DNA of 63,972 nt, the filler included, from Octopus bimaculoides (lineage: Eukaryota): assembly GCF_001194135.2 (NCBI RefSeq). It is 6 parts of 5 records of this genome, joined end to end, with 100 filler letters (N's around TTAATTAATTAA, not from the genome) between each part and the next. Parts side by side here need not be neighbours in the genome. Positions count along the whole stretch, not along the records: positions 1 to 22,802 come from NC_068981.1; positions 22,903 to 37,633 come from NC_068982.1; 4 more parts are not named here. The stretch is one strand, 5' to 3'. The position numbers and the translations under genes were made by a program. The notes under the pieces were generated by a model that was not told where the DNA came from, ran no database searches, and saw only the letters and a program-made list of their open reading frames with translations. Of this stretch, positions 13,871-26,585 are shown piece after piece. How positions within the stretch are numbered: the first letter of the stretch is position 1; the number at the start of each line of letters is the position of its first letter.

Positions 13871-13998
13871 CTATGCATGAAATTTTCAGATGTACAGATG
13901 AAGTAACATATTTAATGAGAATATATTTTTTTTTGTTTTAAACGAATCTGAGCCTTTGACCAAATTAAAATCTACACCACAGATGATCCTTTCTTTAC

Positions 13999-14228
13999 AG
14001 CGTGAAATTTGGGCTCTATAATAATATTTTTTTTACATTGATTTAGATCGTCGTTCTCTCTATGTGAGGTTATGCTGTTGTAAGTTTTATTCAGCCTAGA
14101 GTCCTTCCTTTGAGGCAATACGTTTTGGAATATAACGTTGCAGACCTCATTGTTTTGGGGATTGTAGGTGGAATTGTATGCCGAAAATTTCAATTCCAGT
14201 ATATTCTTTTCTTTTGGTTTACCACTTC
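13999..14228 (-). CDS. Candidate internal exon (G)SGKPKEKNILELKFSAY...EPKFHA
   Basis: tattcag|GA acceptor, GCT|gtaaag donor, 76 open codons, joins 13870 in frame. Confidence 0.25.
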
Positions 14229-14778
14229 CTGAATATTGAATTTCTTGACTCGTTGCATTCCATCAAAATTTACCCATAGCGTAAATAAAATGAATAATAA
14301 AGAGACAGCAAAATACGGAAAGGGTTAAACAGATAGGACTTGAACTTAATATCTGAGCGGGGAAAATGACATTAGTGTGTCTTCATATTTCGAACGTTTT
14401 GCTTGTATCTCAAGCAAGGAGAAAATCCTGGAGAGAGTCGAAAAAAGAAATATGAAGGCTAAGAAAATCTTGATGGAAACGGTCTCCCAATAAGTGTAGG
14501 AAAGGAAAACGGAACAAACGTGTATATGCAACTATGTATCTGTATATAGAAGTGTTCATAAATGTGGAGTGATACTAAGTCTTAGGGTTTCTGTTGATGT
14601 ACACGTGGGTAATCTTTATAAAGTATTATATGCGTGTATATCCTTATATATATATATATATTCATATTTGTGAATGTATACTCGATTTACGTTTAAGTGC
14701 ACTGTAATGCAATCGTGCATATATTTGCATTTATTAGCAAATATGTATATTTATATTATTCTATATTTCTATTTCTAG

Positions 14779-14812
14779 ATCGTAACACATGAAAAATGAC
14801 AGGGAGTTTTTG
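14779..14812 (+). other. Candidate 34-nt exon (5'UTR or start exon)
   Basis: tttctatttctag acceptor and TTG|gtaagt donor; stops in all three frames before the internal ATGs. Confidence 0.2.
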
Positions 14813-15484
14813 GTAAGTAAATGTATCTGATATTCTTCCAGCATATATGTCTATTAAAAAAATTGCATAGATATAAATTTACAAATAACGTTGAAAATTC
14901 GTATGCACTATTTTTTTTTTATATATATTTCCTCAACAATAGCCAAAATGGCTGACTTTCATTTATAAATACGATATAGCTTTCTACAAGTACGTTCATA
15001 ACATTCGTAAGATTTATCTTCCGCAGGCTTTACACATTTAACGACACTTCTTAGTAAGCCGTAAAGTTATGCATTTACAGTTTGCATGAATTTGTGTGCA
15101 GCGTGTTTCAGCTTAAATCATTATTAACCTCGTAATGCAAATGAAGCTTTATAAATACATTTCTAAAGATATCGTATAATAGTAAAGAATAATGTCTGAC
15201 CTCAATTCACTTTTTAATGATTCAATCATGTTTTGTTGCTGGGTACGCAAACAGTAAGAAGTTATTATTTAATTTTTCACTATTTCATACCAACATATAT
15301 ATGTGCGAGTGTGTGGTTGTGTATACTCATATATATGTACATTCTTCCATATATATATCGAATTTATACAGGTAAACAGATTATACATTAAATATATGAA
15401 ATATAATTGTCTGGGTATGAAAAAAAATATGTATGTATATGGATGAAATTGTGTAGATAAGTTTATTTATATCTCTATCTCTAT

Positions 15485-15862
15485 GCCACTCCATCGCTTA
15501 CGACGTCGAGGGTTCCAGTTGATCCTATCAACGGAACAGCCTGTTCGTGAAAGTAACGTGCAAGTGGCTGAGCACTCCACAGACACGTGTACCCTTAACG
15601 TAGTTCTCGGGGATATTCAGCGTGACACAGTGTGACAAGGCTGACCCTTTGAATTACAGGCACAACAGAAATAGGAAGTAAGAGCGAGAGAAAGTCGTGG
15701 TGGAATAGTACAGCAGGGTTCGCCACCATCTCCTGCTGGAGCCTCGTGGAGCTTTAGGTGTTTTCGCTCAATAAACACTCACAACGCCCGGTCTGGGAAT
15801 CGAAACTGCGATCTTATGATTGCGAGTCCGTTGCCCTAACCACTAGGCCATTGCGCCTCCAC
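15485..15862 (-). mobile_element. SINE family B (tRNA head), full length, with degenerate TSD
   Basis: Reverse complement of 45855-46231; head GGAGGCGCAATGGCCTAGTGGTTAGGGC...GTTTCGATTCC; flanks TGTAGATAAGTtTATT (15452) and TGTAGATAAGTaTATT (15863). Confidence 0.92.
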
Positions 15863-17134
15863 TGTAGATAAGTATATTATACATTAAATACAGTAAGTTG
15901 ATATCAAATTGTCATACCTGTCACCGGTGGCGTGGTTTGCAAAATAGGAAACGCAAACACACAGAATCAAACTTCTTGTACAGAACCCAAACTATTCCTT
16001 CAGTATTTGCAGACTAACTTGAGCGTCAGAAAAAATGACAGGCGTTAATTTTTCCTCTTTTTTTTTTTTTCTTAAGTTTAAATCCCACCGATATAATATA
16101 TTTTCCCCATTCATGTACATAGCAATGCAATGAAAGTTCGAATGCTATTTGTGACGGATCTGTACTTGCGGGGATTTTGTTTAGATAAATGAAATATAAC
16201 TGTCTATATAAGTTTCATTTTACTGTCGAGACTACGCAACAGATACTGACCGGATACGGAAATAAAATGCTGAAAGCGAATGTGGTTTTAAACTGCAGCA
16301 AGCAGCATTTGACAATTGTTTTCACATGCTGAATAATGTGTCACATGATTTGAGGTAACTGCAAAGTAAAATGGTTGCCGTCTGTATTGTTCCTTCAACG
16401 ATCTCTGTACAATGTGAGTTTTTTGTCTATCTGAGATACTAAGTAGGCGACCATTTTTTGAGGTTGCTCTTCGCTTCGTCAAAAAAAAAAACAAAAAAAA
16501 AACAGCAGATTGCAGCTCTATGAAGGGTTCAAATTGGACCCATGACGACAATGAAAAACAAATTTCCGTTGTCGGATGATGTTGTGAATGAGGTCGTTAC
16601 AGTTTCTCCTCTCCAAGACCACTGGTAAACCAGCATTCAAAACTATGCCATTAAATGTTTTGTAAATAGTAGCAAAACCGAATAATGGGAGAAACATACT
16701 AAATACAATGGGTGGTGCAATTAGAGAGTATCTATGCAGTTAGAGAGTACCAGTATCTCTATACGTATGTGTGTTGAAATGTTTTTGAGACAAAATAGAG
16801 TAGACTATCGAGTATGTGGTGTAGAATTTATCCATGTATTTATTTAAGCGGGAAGGTATACATCTAGTCGAATTTCTGTAATGTTTTTTTTTTCTTTTTT
16901 GTTTCTAATGAAAGACCGTGATGTTCTTCGATTAATAAATGCTTCTACTGATTTTCAAATTAATTAGAATTTTTCTTTATAGCGTCTTGATCTCTTATAT
17001 AACGAAACATTTTATGAATAGCAGCACTTCTGGCAATATAAGCGACAGGTTTGAAAACATTTACCTAGTTATTACGAGTGGCCCAACTTTAGACTCCTGT
17101 TACTTGAAAGATGTTAAAATCATTATTAGAATAT

Positions 17135-17243
17135 TCTTCTTCTTCTTCTTCTTCTTCTTCTTCTTCTTCTTCTTCTTCTTCTTCTTCTTCTTCTTCTTCT
17201 TCTTCTTCTTCTTCTTCTTCTTCGTCGTCGTCGTCGTCGTCGT
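17135..17243. repeat. (TTC)n-(GTC)n microsatellite
   Basis: Direct reading. Confidence 0.95.
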
Positions 17244-20231
17244 TTCATTGCATAATGGATGCATTTGTTACTAAACTAAATATTCCCATGTAGTTTAGAT
17301 TAAACAATATCTGATATATTGTATGGTAATTGCTCTTTATTCTCTGAGAATATTCAAATTCTTTGGAGCGGTTTTTCTGAGTGACTAATGTAACTCTGAG
17401 ATTCATGAATTTTACAATACTTGCAATGAAATTTGCAATCAAATAAGACGTTTGAAATCAAATTTATCAATCACATTGGTCATTAATAATCGTCGTGGTC
17501 TCACAGACGTTTGGTTCGTCATCGATAAAGAATCGTATTTTAATATTTTATTGTTTTTACAATACGATACGAAAGTCAATAGACGGCTATTCACAAGCTG
17601 ATATCTTTTGCGAGTGTGTTCATCTATTAAATGTTTAAGGCAGCGTATTTACTTTACGTAGTAAATTATATATGTTTTCTTTTCAATAAACCTACATGGA
17701 GTATGTCAATTCTACCCATGCAAAATATCAGTAGTAAAACCTCTACTTAAAATAATATTATATTCTCCTCTACAAACCACGTACTAAACACAGACATCTA
17801 ATGAGTAAAACAAAGAGCAATTAACGTGTATATAAACAAGCTTTTTCACGAAAAATGACTCAACTGCGTCTACAACCCAATAAAAACATCAGACAGTCGC
17901 TTCTTAAAAAAAAAGTAAGGAACGCATTCACAACGTGTATTGCATGAATGAAATAGCATACTAATTAGAGTATATGCAACGCAAGAATAAATGTATGAAA
18001 GAACTGCAATGCATAATAGTTGGAAACCAGAATTTGCAAAGCAGTACACATACACCGTCTTAAAGAGGATGCAGTTATGCGGAATAAGTTTAATGTTTTC
18101 ATTAGATAAAAAGGCCACAGACTATGTTTTACCCGAAATACATTTAACTACTTTGAACATTTTTTCCTATTTTGATGTTTCTCACTTTTCCATTTCCTAA
18201 CGTATTCAATAACTACATTTTTCTATAACATTCATTTTAGATTTGTTTTTTTTTTATATAAATTATATATTTCGTTTCTTGTGAAGAAATATATTATAAT
18301 TGTTCAGTTCGATATTCTATAATATTGAACAATTCTTATTTCAGAGTTACAATCAATTAAATACCTGTAAATTTAGCGTTTTTAAGATCAAATATTATCG
18401 TTTTCTTTCTTCTTATTCATTATCTCCCATGGTTACGAAGTCAAGCATTGCAACTAAATGCCTGCCATTAAATTCTTTTGTTCCATAGAAATATGCACGG
18501 AACCACTCCGTCTGAAGCTCTTTTCGAGAAGCCCATTCATGTTAATTCTTCTGACATTTACGGAAGCGATTTCCTTCACCACTCATTGCATGCATACATA
18601 TTATAAGTGTATATTTTATAAAATTTTCGATTGCTTAAATAACTTGTATCTTTTTAAGTATTTTTTTTTATATTCCTCACACGAAATTTTAAACATCAAT
18701 ATTGTACAATATAAAATTTGGCTTCAGAGACGAGACTTAAAAAAGCTTTATACTCATTGTGTATCGTATTACTTTGAGTAGATACTTAAAATGTCATTCA
18801 CGATATCATAGAACACTACCCGTGGTCTCAATTGAATGCTGTGGTAAATTATGCAGAAATGCCATTTGAGTGAATAGGGAAGTTTGTGTTAATATACGTA
18901 ATGAGAAGAGCATAAAAGTTAAAAGTAAGAAAAATTGTTTGATGGAGAAAAGAGAATATAAGTCAAGGACATAATTTTATGATTATTTCGGCAGAGGAGA
19001 GAAATACGAATATTCTTTAAAGCAATATATAATAGTAATTATTCCAGGATCAGTCTGAAAGTCATAGTGAAGTCAATGGTTTGCAGATTTTTTTTCTCTA
19101 TTACGCACAGGACCAGTCTGCAATTTGTTTATTCTGTGCGTAGATGAATAAATAATGTTACATTAACCATTATCTAGTGCTATATTATAATTATCTTCTC
19201 ATTATTTCTAATATATTTGATGATGATTACTGCATTACATGCAATATAATTAACTTAGCCTTCGTACATCCAGCTAGTTATATTTGGCTAACTGTACATA
19301 AGATACTATTCTGTTTCGATTTGTTACCATATAAGATGGCTTCATCCTTATATTATTGATATGCAAAACAGTTACAGTAGGTATAATCAAAATATTTTGA
19401 TTTCTTCAGCCCCTATAATACATTGCATAGGCCAAACTAGGATGAAGTTCAATCATTCATTAAAACACATTTGATAATTAAAAATTGACAAGTGTAATGT
19501 GACTATTAATCGCAAAACGATAATTTAACTTTCTCTTTAAAGAATTTAAGTTAATGAAATATTTCAAATTTAGCGTCATGAATGATTAAAAATATATATG
19601 TACGAACCGATATTAAACCTAAATAGTAGTTATATAGAATGGGTATCACACAGTGCCTAAACAGTGCATCACAGTTTACATATAACTAAAGTTTGAGTCT
19701 GTAGTTTTAAGATATATCGTATAAGGTACCCTCGCTCCGAACAGGAAAGACTTCGACAAATCCTCAAGTCATATCAGTGGCAACAGAAATAAAAATATCA
19801 TGTAGACATGAGTATCTGAAATTTGTAAGGGACTGTTCAATGGACACAAACCACTGAAATTCCTAAAACATTTCAGATATTAATATCAAGTGGAATTTAT
19901 GGCTGAGTACACAATTCAGTAGTGTGTGTTGAGGAGAATTAAGTAACACTATGAGGGCAGAAATATTTGGTCAATACTTTTTTACTTTTTATGATAGCGG
20001 TTAAAAGAATTTCTACATGTTATTTATTTTTACTAATCCATTAATCTAATATTTATTCGATAATATGTTTGATTATAATTTTCTGATATTTCTACAACTA
20101 TTTCTTCGTTTTATCAAATATATTTCTTTATATTAGAGTTAGCTGCTATAGCATTTCACAAATAATACAAAATCGTAAAATCTCTGATATCGTGTTGAAG
20201 AAAAGCAAAAAGCCAGCAGCAGTGAAATATA

Positions 20232-20310
20232 ACTCTTTCTAATAAAGACACAAGACCTGAAATTTGGGGGACGGGGACACTCAATTATATCGACTCCAGT
20301 GTTTTTACTA
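20232..20310 (-). mobile_element. SINE family A 3' tail fragment
   Basis: GACACAAGACCTGAAATTTGGGGGACGGGG...TATATCGACTCCAGTG matches the family A tail. Confidence 0.65.
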
Positions 20311-20766
20311 CTATTTGTCATTGTTAATATTTCCTCTGCTCCGATATGACTTTTGTCTAAATTATTATTATTATCATTATTACCACCATCAGCATTATTA
20401 ACATCATTATTATTATTCCATTTATTATTAAAAGGTATTGTTGAATGTTGTTTAGTTTCAACTTTTGTCTTATACCGCAGATGATTATGAATATGTGAGT
20501 GTTTAAGGGAATGGCAGGAGCAAGATAGATCCTTTGCCGAATAGATTAAATTCCAGAGGTGTGTAAATAGATTCGACATATGGTGTAAAGATCAACAATG
20601 GACACTCCTGTGCGATAAGAAGACAAAAGCGACCTCACACCCTTGGGCTCAGCAGAGGTCAAATGCGTTTACTACTAATAGCGATCAATAAGAGCGCTGC
20701 CCTCGGGCTTGAAAAGAACCAAGTCACCTTGGTCTACTTTTAATTACTAATGGAAAAATTATTATA

Positions 20767-20806
<40 letters not shown>

Positions 20807-21424
20807 NNNNNNNNNNNNNNNNNNNNNNNNNNNNNNNNNNNNNNNNNNNNNNNNNNNNNNNNNNNNNNNNNNNNNNNNNNNNNNNNNNNNNNNNNNNNNN
20901 NNNNNNNNNNNNNNNNNNNNNNNNNNNNNNNNNNNNNNNNNNNNNNNNNNNNNNNNNNNNNNNNNNNNNNNNNNNNNNNNNNNNNNNNNNNNNNNNNNNN
21001 NNNNNNNNNNNNNNNNNNNNNNNNNNNNNNNNNNNNNNNNNNNNNNNNNNNNNNNNNNNNNNNNNNNNNNNNNNNNNNNNNNNNNNNNNNNNNNNNNNNN
21101 NNNNNNNNNNNNNNNNNNNNNNNNNNNNNNNNNNNNNNNNNNNNNNNNNNNNNNNNNNNNNNNNNNNNNNNNNNNNNNNNNNNNNNNNNNNNNNNNNNNN
21201 NNNNNNNNNNNNNNNNNNNNNNNNNNNNNNNNNNNNNNNNNNNNNNNNNNNNNNNNNNNNNNNNNNNNNNNNNNNNNNNNNNNNNNNNNNNNNNNNNNNN
21301 NNNNNNNNNNNNNNNNNNNNNNNNNNNNNNNNNNNNNNNNNNNNNNNNNNNNNNNNNNNNNNNNNNNNNNNNNNNNNNNNNNNNNNNNNNNNNNNNNNNN
21401 NNNNNNNNNNNNNNNNNNNNNNNN

Positions 21425-21488
<64 letters not shown>

Positions 21489-21599
21489 ATATATAGGCAC
21501 AGAACGTCACTAAACGTGTAGAGCAAAAGATTCGAAGTATGAGTACGTGAAATAGGAACTATTTTTTCGAACAACGAAAGACACAAATGGAAAACAAAT

Positions 21600-21637
21600 C
21601 ATCATCATCATCATCACCATGATGATCATCATCATCA

Positions 21638-21734
<97 letters not shown>

Positions 21735-21772
21735 CATTACTACTACTATTATTCCTATTATTATTGTTATTA
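21600..21772. repeat. (ATC)n/(ATT)n array; reads (TAA)n on the minus strand, directly after the retroelement 3' end
   Basis: Direct reading. Confidence 0.95.
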
Positions 21773-22612
21773 TTTTATTGTCTTTGCACAGCTTCTATCA
21801 CTGGAGATGTACTATGGTGTCAGCTGTTCACTACCAGTGAACTAAGGTTAAACCCCTTAATGTTCGATCACCATCCGGTGTATTCGAGCGTTTCGAAGCA
21901 ATGCTGATTTCTGCAAGTGTTCCACGTTTATTGCAGCCTCTATTTGTTCCATATACTTCTCAAGTTCTTTACTCACTATTCCCAGGACTCCGTCATTTAT
22001 TGGAGCAACCACCATTTTCAGCGACCGTAACTGCTTAATCTCCCAAGATAACCTGTTATATCTATCGAGTTCTTTTTCTTCCTTATCGCATACCTTGTGG
22101 TCAGCTGGGCATGCTATATCTATGATCCAGCATCGTTAGCTTTCTTTGTCAATACTATGTCTGGCTTCCTCTTCTCTATCTCATGGTTGCACTGAATTAT
22201 AAAATCCCATATGATCTTTGCATTATCATTTTCGATGATGCTTTTGGTCTGTAAGGTTCAAACTTGTTGCAAAGTGTCCAATGGACAATCCTTGCTATAT
22301 TGTATTGTCGTCTCTTATATTCTTTCTGGGCTAGTGGCGTACAGTGATTGCTAATATGCCATACGGTTTCACCATTTCGTGCTCAAATTCTGCACTTATC
22401 ATTTTCTGTATTTGATATAAATCGTAGTTAGTGCTTGCTCTTGGCCAGCACAGATTAGAGCCTTCGTTTCCGGTTTCAAATCACTTTCGTTATCCATAGC
22501 CATCTTTTTTCTCTGTTTATCTTCAACATCTCTATGAAATTGTGCATGCATTCTTTTCTTTATCCACCTATTTTCAGTTTCATTCATTCTCAAGTGCCTG
22601 TACAGTGCTTTA
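21773..22612 (-). mobile_element. 5'-truncated RLE-type non-LTR retrotransposon (R4/Dong-like): zinc knuckle, restriction-like endonuclease and 3'UTR
   Basis: WIKKRMHAQFHR...DLKPETKALICAGQEQALTT; DKCRI*ARNGETVWHISNHCTPLAQKEYKRRQ (CCHC-type knuckle); KPDIVL...WIIDIACP (PD-(D/E)xK type); LQKSALLRNARIHRMVIEH*; frameshifted. Confidence 0.88.
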
Positions 22613-22622
22613 TATTATTATC

Positions 22623-22672
<50 letters not shown>

Positions 22673-22675
22673 AAT

Positions 22676-22802
22676 AAAAAAAGAGTTAGAACCAGCGGAG
22701 AGCTACAAATACCTAGGGGTAATTGAAGGGGACAATATCAAGCACTCAGTGATGAGGGAAAGGATCAGAAGAGAATGTTATCGCAGGGTGAGAGCAATAC
22801 TG
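22676..22802 (+). mobile_element. RT fragment of an R4/Dong-like element, running into a gap
   Basis: KELEPAESYKYLGVIEGDNIKHSVMRERIRRECYRRVRAIL (YKYLG motif); (AAT)n before it and (AAT)n after the gap. Confidence 0.8.
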
Positions 22803-22846
22803 NNNNNNNNNNNNNNNNNNNNNNNNNNNNNNNNNNNNNNNNNNNN

Positions 22847-22858
22847 TTAATTAATTAA
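22847..22858. other. Assembly spacer TTAATTAATTAA inside 44N+12+44N
   Basis: The identical 100-bp construct recurs at 37678, 49768, 56221 and 60050; stops in all six frames. Confidence 0.9.
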
Positions 22859-22915
22859 NNNNNNNNNNNNNNNNNNNNNNNNNNNNNNNNNNNNNNNNNN
22901 NNAAAACTACTGAAC

Positions 22916-22971
<56 letters not shown>

Positions 22972-23071
22972 TAGCAGCAAAGAACAGTATTATTAGTGTT
23001 ATTGCAGTAATGATTATTGTAAGTGATGAAGAATTTGATGCTGATGCGAAATAGGAGCTGGAAGAGAGACA

Positions 23072-23127
<56 letters not shown>

Positions 23128-23148
23128 TGGATAGATAGAGAGAGAGAT

Positions 23149-23182
<34 letters not shown>

Positions 23183-23313
23183 GGATAGAGAGAGAGAGAG
23201 AGAGGTGGGGAATCAATCTGTATAGGTTAAAGTAATCTGGAGAGAAAAATATTTGCTATACCGTGCATGCATGAGATCGTCTTTCCAATGGTATATTCAA
23301 TTAATATATGTAG

Positions 23314-23450
23314 GTGAAATTCAAAACCCAAGAAAACCTGAAACAAATTATGAAAATTTAAGTCGCTGTAGCACCTGCAGAAGCAGCATTGTCATGAGGG
23401 AAATAGCTGTAGAACCTATATCTTCAACACCAATAAATAAGCTGCAATAG
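23314..23450 (+). CDS. Candidate terminal exon GEIQNPRKPETNYENLSRCSTC...NKLQ*
   Basis: tgtag|GT acceptor, open to stop, YENL tyrosine motif; weak pyrimidine tract and no partner exon identified. Confidence 0.2.
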
Positions 23451-25240
23451 TAGTTAGGCATATAATGGTTATTTGCTGAAGGTAACGGTTCATTGAATTG
23501 GCACTTACATTTTTTATATCGCTTTTATTGATATAGGTAGAAGGTCGCAATCTTCAACATATCTGAGATGTTGAAAATGTCCAGTAAATACATTGATCTC
23601 ATACTGGCAGTATCTTTAGGAGCGTGTATTATTTCCCTTGACATTTAAGTCATTCTCTTAACTATGACACAGTATGGTTATAAATTTGTTTATATTCCTA
23701 CCGTTTTTCGAATAAAAATCCTTGTTGGGAAGTAAAATCTCTACTCACGAAGATTTGTGTCTCTCTCTAAAATGTATATGTAAGATATAATTTGAACGTA
23801 AATAGTAATTGCGAACACGTAGATTACCCACAACATAAGATAACGACAAAAACATGTATACCCAAATCCCTTGTTGTATCGATATCCGATGCAAAACCTC
23901 TGGCTTTTCTCCAAATTATATATGATTGAATTATGGAAATATCTGAGATGCGTCTGTTAGATTTTAATGTATATTTAAATTAACGGAGCTAATCTACAGT
24001 GGATAGGCAATGCACATGAATCTAAAAGGTCCTGATAAGTGGTTATTTATATTGACGGCCTAATCAAAAACATCAATACATCTTTCCTCACCATTTTGCT
24101 AGAATACAGAGAGGAATTGATGAAAAGATTTCAAGAATAAGTGGAAAGATTGATGAAAGATAGAAATATAATGCTCCTCATTTCATAGATAAACGTAATG
24201 AGAGCACTCATTTATATACGTACATATCATTTACACACACTAAACCACACACACACACACTTACGTGCACGTACATATTTATGTGTCTCTGTGTACGTAT
24301 GGATGTGTGTGTAAATGAATATATGTACATATGTATGTGTGTGTATTTATGTATGTTTAGTATTGTTCTGTTGTTTTTGGGAACGACGAAAATGTTCTCC
24401 ATCGAACGAGAGCTAAATTCCATTTAATAAACACAGGATTTGAATGTGAGCTATTATAAATTTTCATAGTTAGATAGGACATTAACCGGACGAGCCTGAA
24501 CAGCATAACATGTACTATGATGCAATCGTTCAAATTAAAAAAAAAAAATAAATGTACAAATATTATGTGTGTGTTTGCGAAGATGAATATGCAATGAAGA
24601 GATCTGTACGATTAACAGGATATAATTTATTTATGTAAATTGCAACACTAATGCATATGTATATGAGAGATGCATAATCCTTTTGGCATGAGAAAATAAG
24701 AAGTTTACCCAGTCTCTTACTGGAATATATGTGCGTGTAAAAACATTCTGATCTCTCATAATTATCGAGTTTTACACACATACACCACATACACACAGAA
24801 ACAAACACACACGCACACACACACATACACACACACACACACACACGCACACACACATCATGTAATTAAATTACATTCCACGATGTATTCCATCATTTCA
24901 TTAAACCAATCTTTCTTCAGAATTCAAGATATACATTGATTGTGCAGTTTTTCTGTTTCCTTAAGTTATTTTGATTTAAAATAGTATCAAATATACAAAG
25001 ATAATTTTGCGATCACTTTTTATTTGCCTATTTAAGACGGTTAGTTGACAGGTTTGTTACAGTGACGGGGGAAAACTCCTAGTCGTATTTAATCAAAATC
25101 CTTATGTTCTCAATATATACATATTGACCTCCTCCCGAGGTCAATAAGATCATGTTCCATTCAAGTACAAGGGACGATATTGTTGACTAACTCCTTCTCT
25201 CGAATTTGATGATCTCGTAAAAAAATTATATCCTATAATA

Positions 25241-25434
25241 TACGAGGGGGGGCTGAAGAAATGTACCTGGCTACGTGTAAAAGAAAATACCGGAGGGTCG
25301 GTTAATTATGAATTTTGTTTTAGCACAATCCCTTAATGCAGTGGTCCTTCACTTTTGTAAGCCCTGTAAGAGAACTCGGAAGGTTGGGCCTCGAGCCAGG
25401 CTTTTCGCAAGTAACTTTTCAGCACCCCCTCGTA
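25241..25434. mobile_element. Tc1/mariner-type MITE
   Basis: TIRs TACGAGGGGGGGCTGAAG and (reverse complement) TACGAGGGGGTGCTGAAAAGTT; TA at both ends; about 190 bp, non-coding. Confidence 0.8.
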
Positions 25435-26545
25435 TTGCATGCAGTATAACATCCGTTCTCATTAGTATTCTTGATTTTACAATCCATTCGATCTGATATT
25501 TCAGTGATAGGTTGTTCCTTTAAGTTAAAACTTTATCAGTTTTCATTTAAACAACAAACTAAGACTCACGATTTATACGGATGTAATTTTACTTGCAAAT
25601 CACAATAGAAAATACCCAACTTTTTAATATCGAAATAAAATTTTAACGCTGGACAGCAGGGAGAATAGTGTGGTGAGCAACGAATTGTGTTTGATGCAAT
25701 TCTTCAACAGAATGCATTGATTTCTTTCCTCTTGAGAATATATCATCTCAATTTATATTTTAATCTCCAAGTTAATGGAAGTGGACAGTTCCTTAGTTTA
25801 ATGTACAAATAAGGAAATTCTATATTCTTAGACATTGTAACATTTTCAGGCTATCAACTTCATTTTTCATTTAACACTTCGCTTTAAAGATATTACGTAC
25901 ATGGTCGGAGATATGCGAACATGAGAAACAAGTACATTTCATTATTACAGTTGAATTGTGCCTGGTCATAAGTCTTTAAGGTATTGATTTCTTCTTATGT
26001 GCAAAACCAATTTAGTAGGAACGAACAATTGCAGATTGAATCAAAATAGGCAACGATCTGAAGTGGCTGTTGTAACCATGTATTCTGTATTATGTTGACT
26101 TGAAATCTATACGAATGATAATTGTCGAACTTCATTCTTAATTCATAGCCATATATTTCAATACAGAAGAAAAAATGTTTAATCTATTTAAATTTCTATT
26201 TTACGAGAATATAGTTAGTGACTTAGTTACATACATATATCCGGGAAGCGAACTTAGAAGGTAAATAAATAAAAATTCTCGTAGATTATATTTCTTCACT
26301 CTTGTCTTATATATGCTCGAAATTAGTGGTATGACAAACAGTAATAGTCAGTACCGAGTATAATTATGCCAATGCTTTGCATTCAACATGACCGTAGTAA
26401 TATAGATGAACATCTAAATTCCTTAGCACAACTCACACACATCTCACTCTGTGTGTATGTGTTTGTGTATACATATACAAACACACCCATATACATATAT
26501 ATACTTGCTATACAAACACACACGCGCACACACACACACACACAC

Positions 26546-26585
<40 letters not shown>

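Noticed and set aside
16150-16250. Long imperfect hairpin (pre-miRNA-like)
   Set aside because: Large internal loops and an AT-rich stem; not convincing
16939-17293. Poly-F/poly-S ORFs; likewise poly-I/M/N/T ORFs at 21.5, 57, 58.9 and 59.5 kb
   Set aside because: Translations of trinucleotide microsatellites
20139-20579. 146-aa minus ORF
   Set aside because: Composed of an AAT-rich tract and a SINE-A tail
20724-21586. Long ORFs spanning N gaps (also at 5.7, 26.4, 34.6, 36, 43, 47.5, 52.5, 53.4 and 62 kb)
   Set aside because: They are open only because of N runs and (TA)/(CA) repeats
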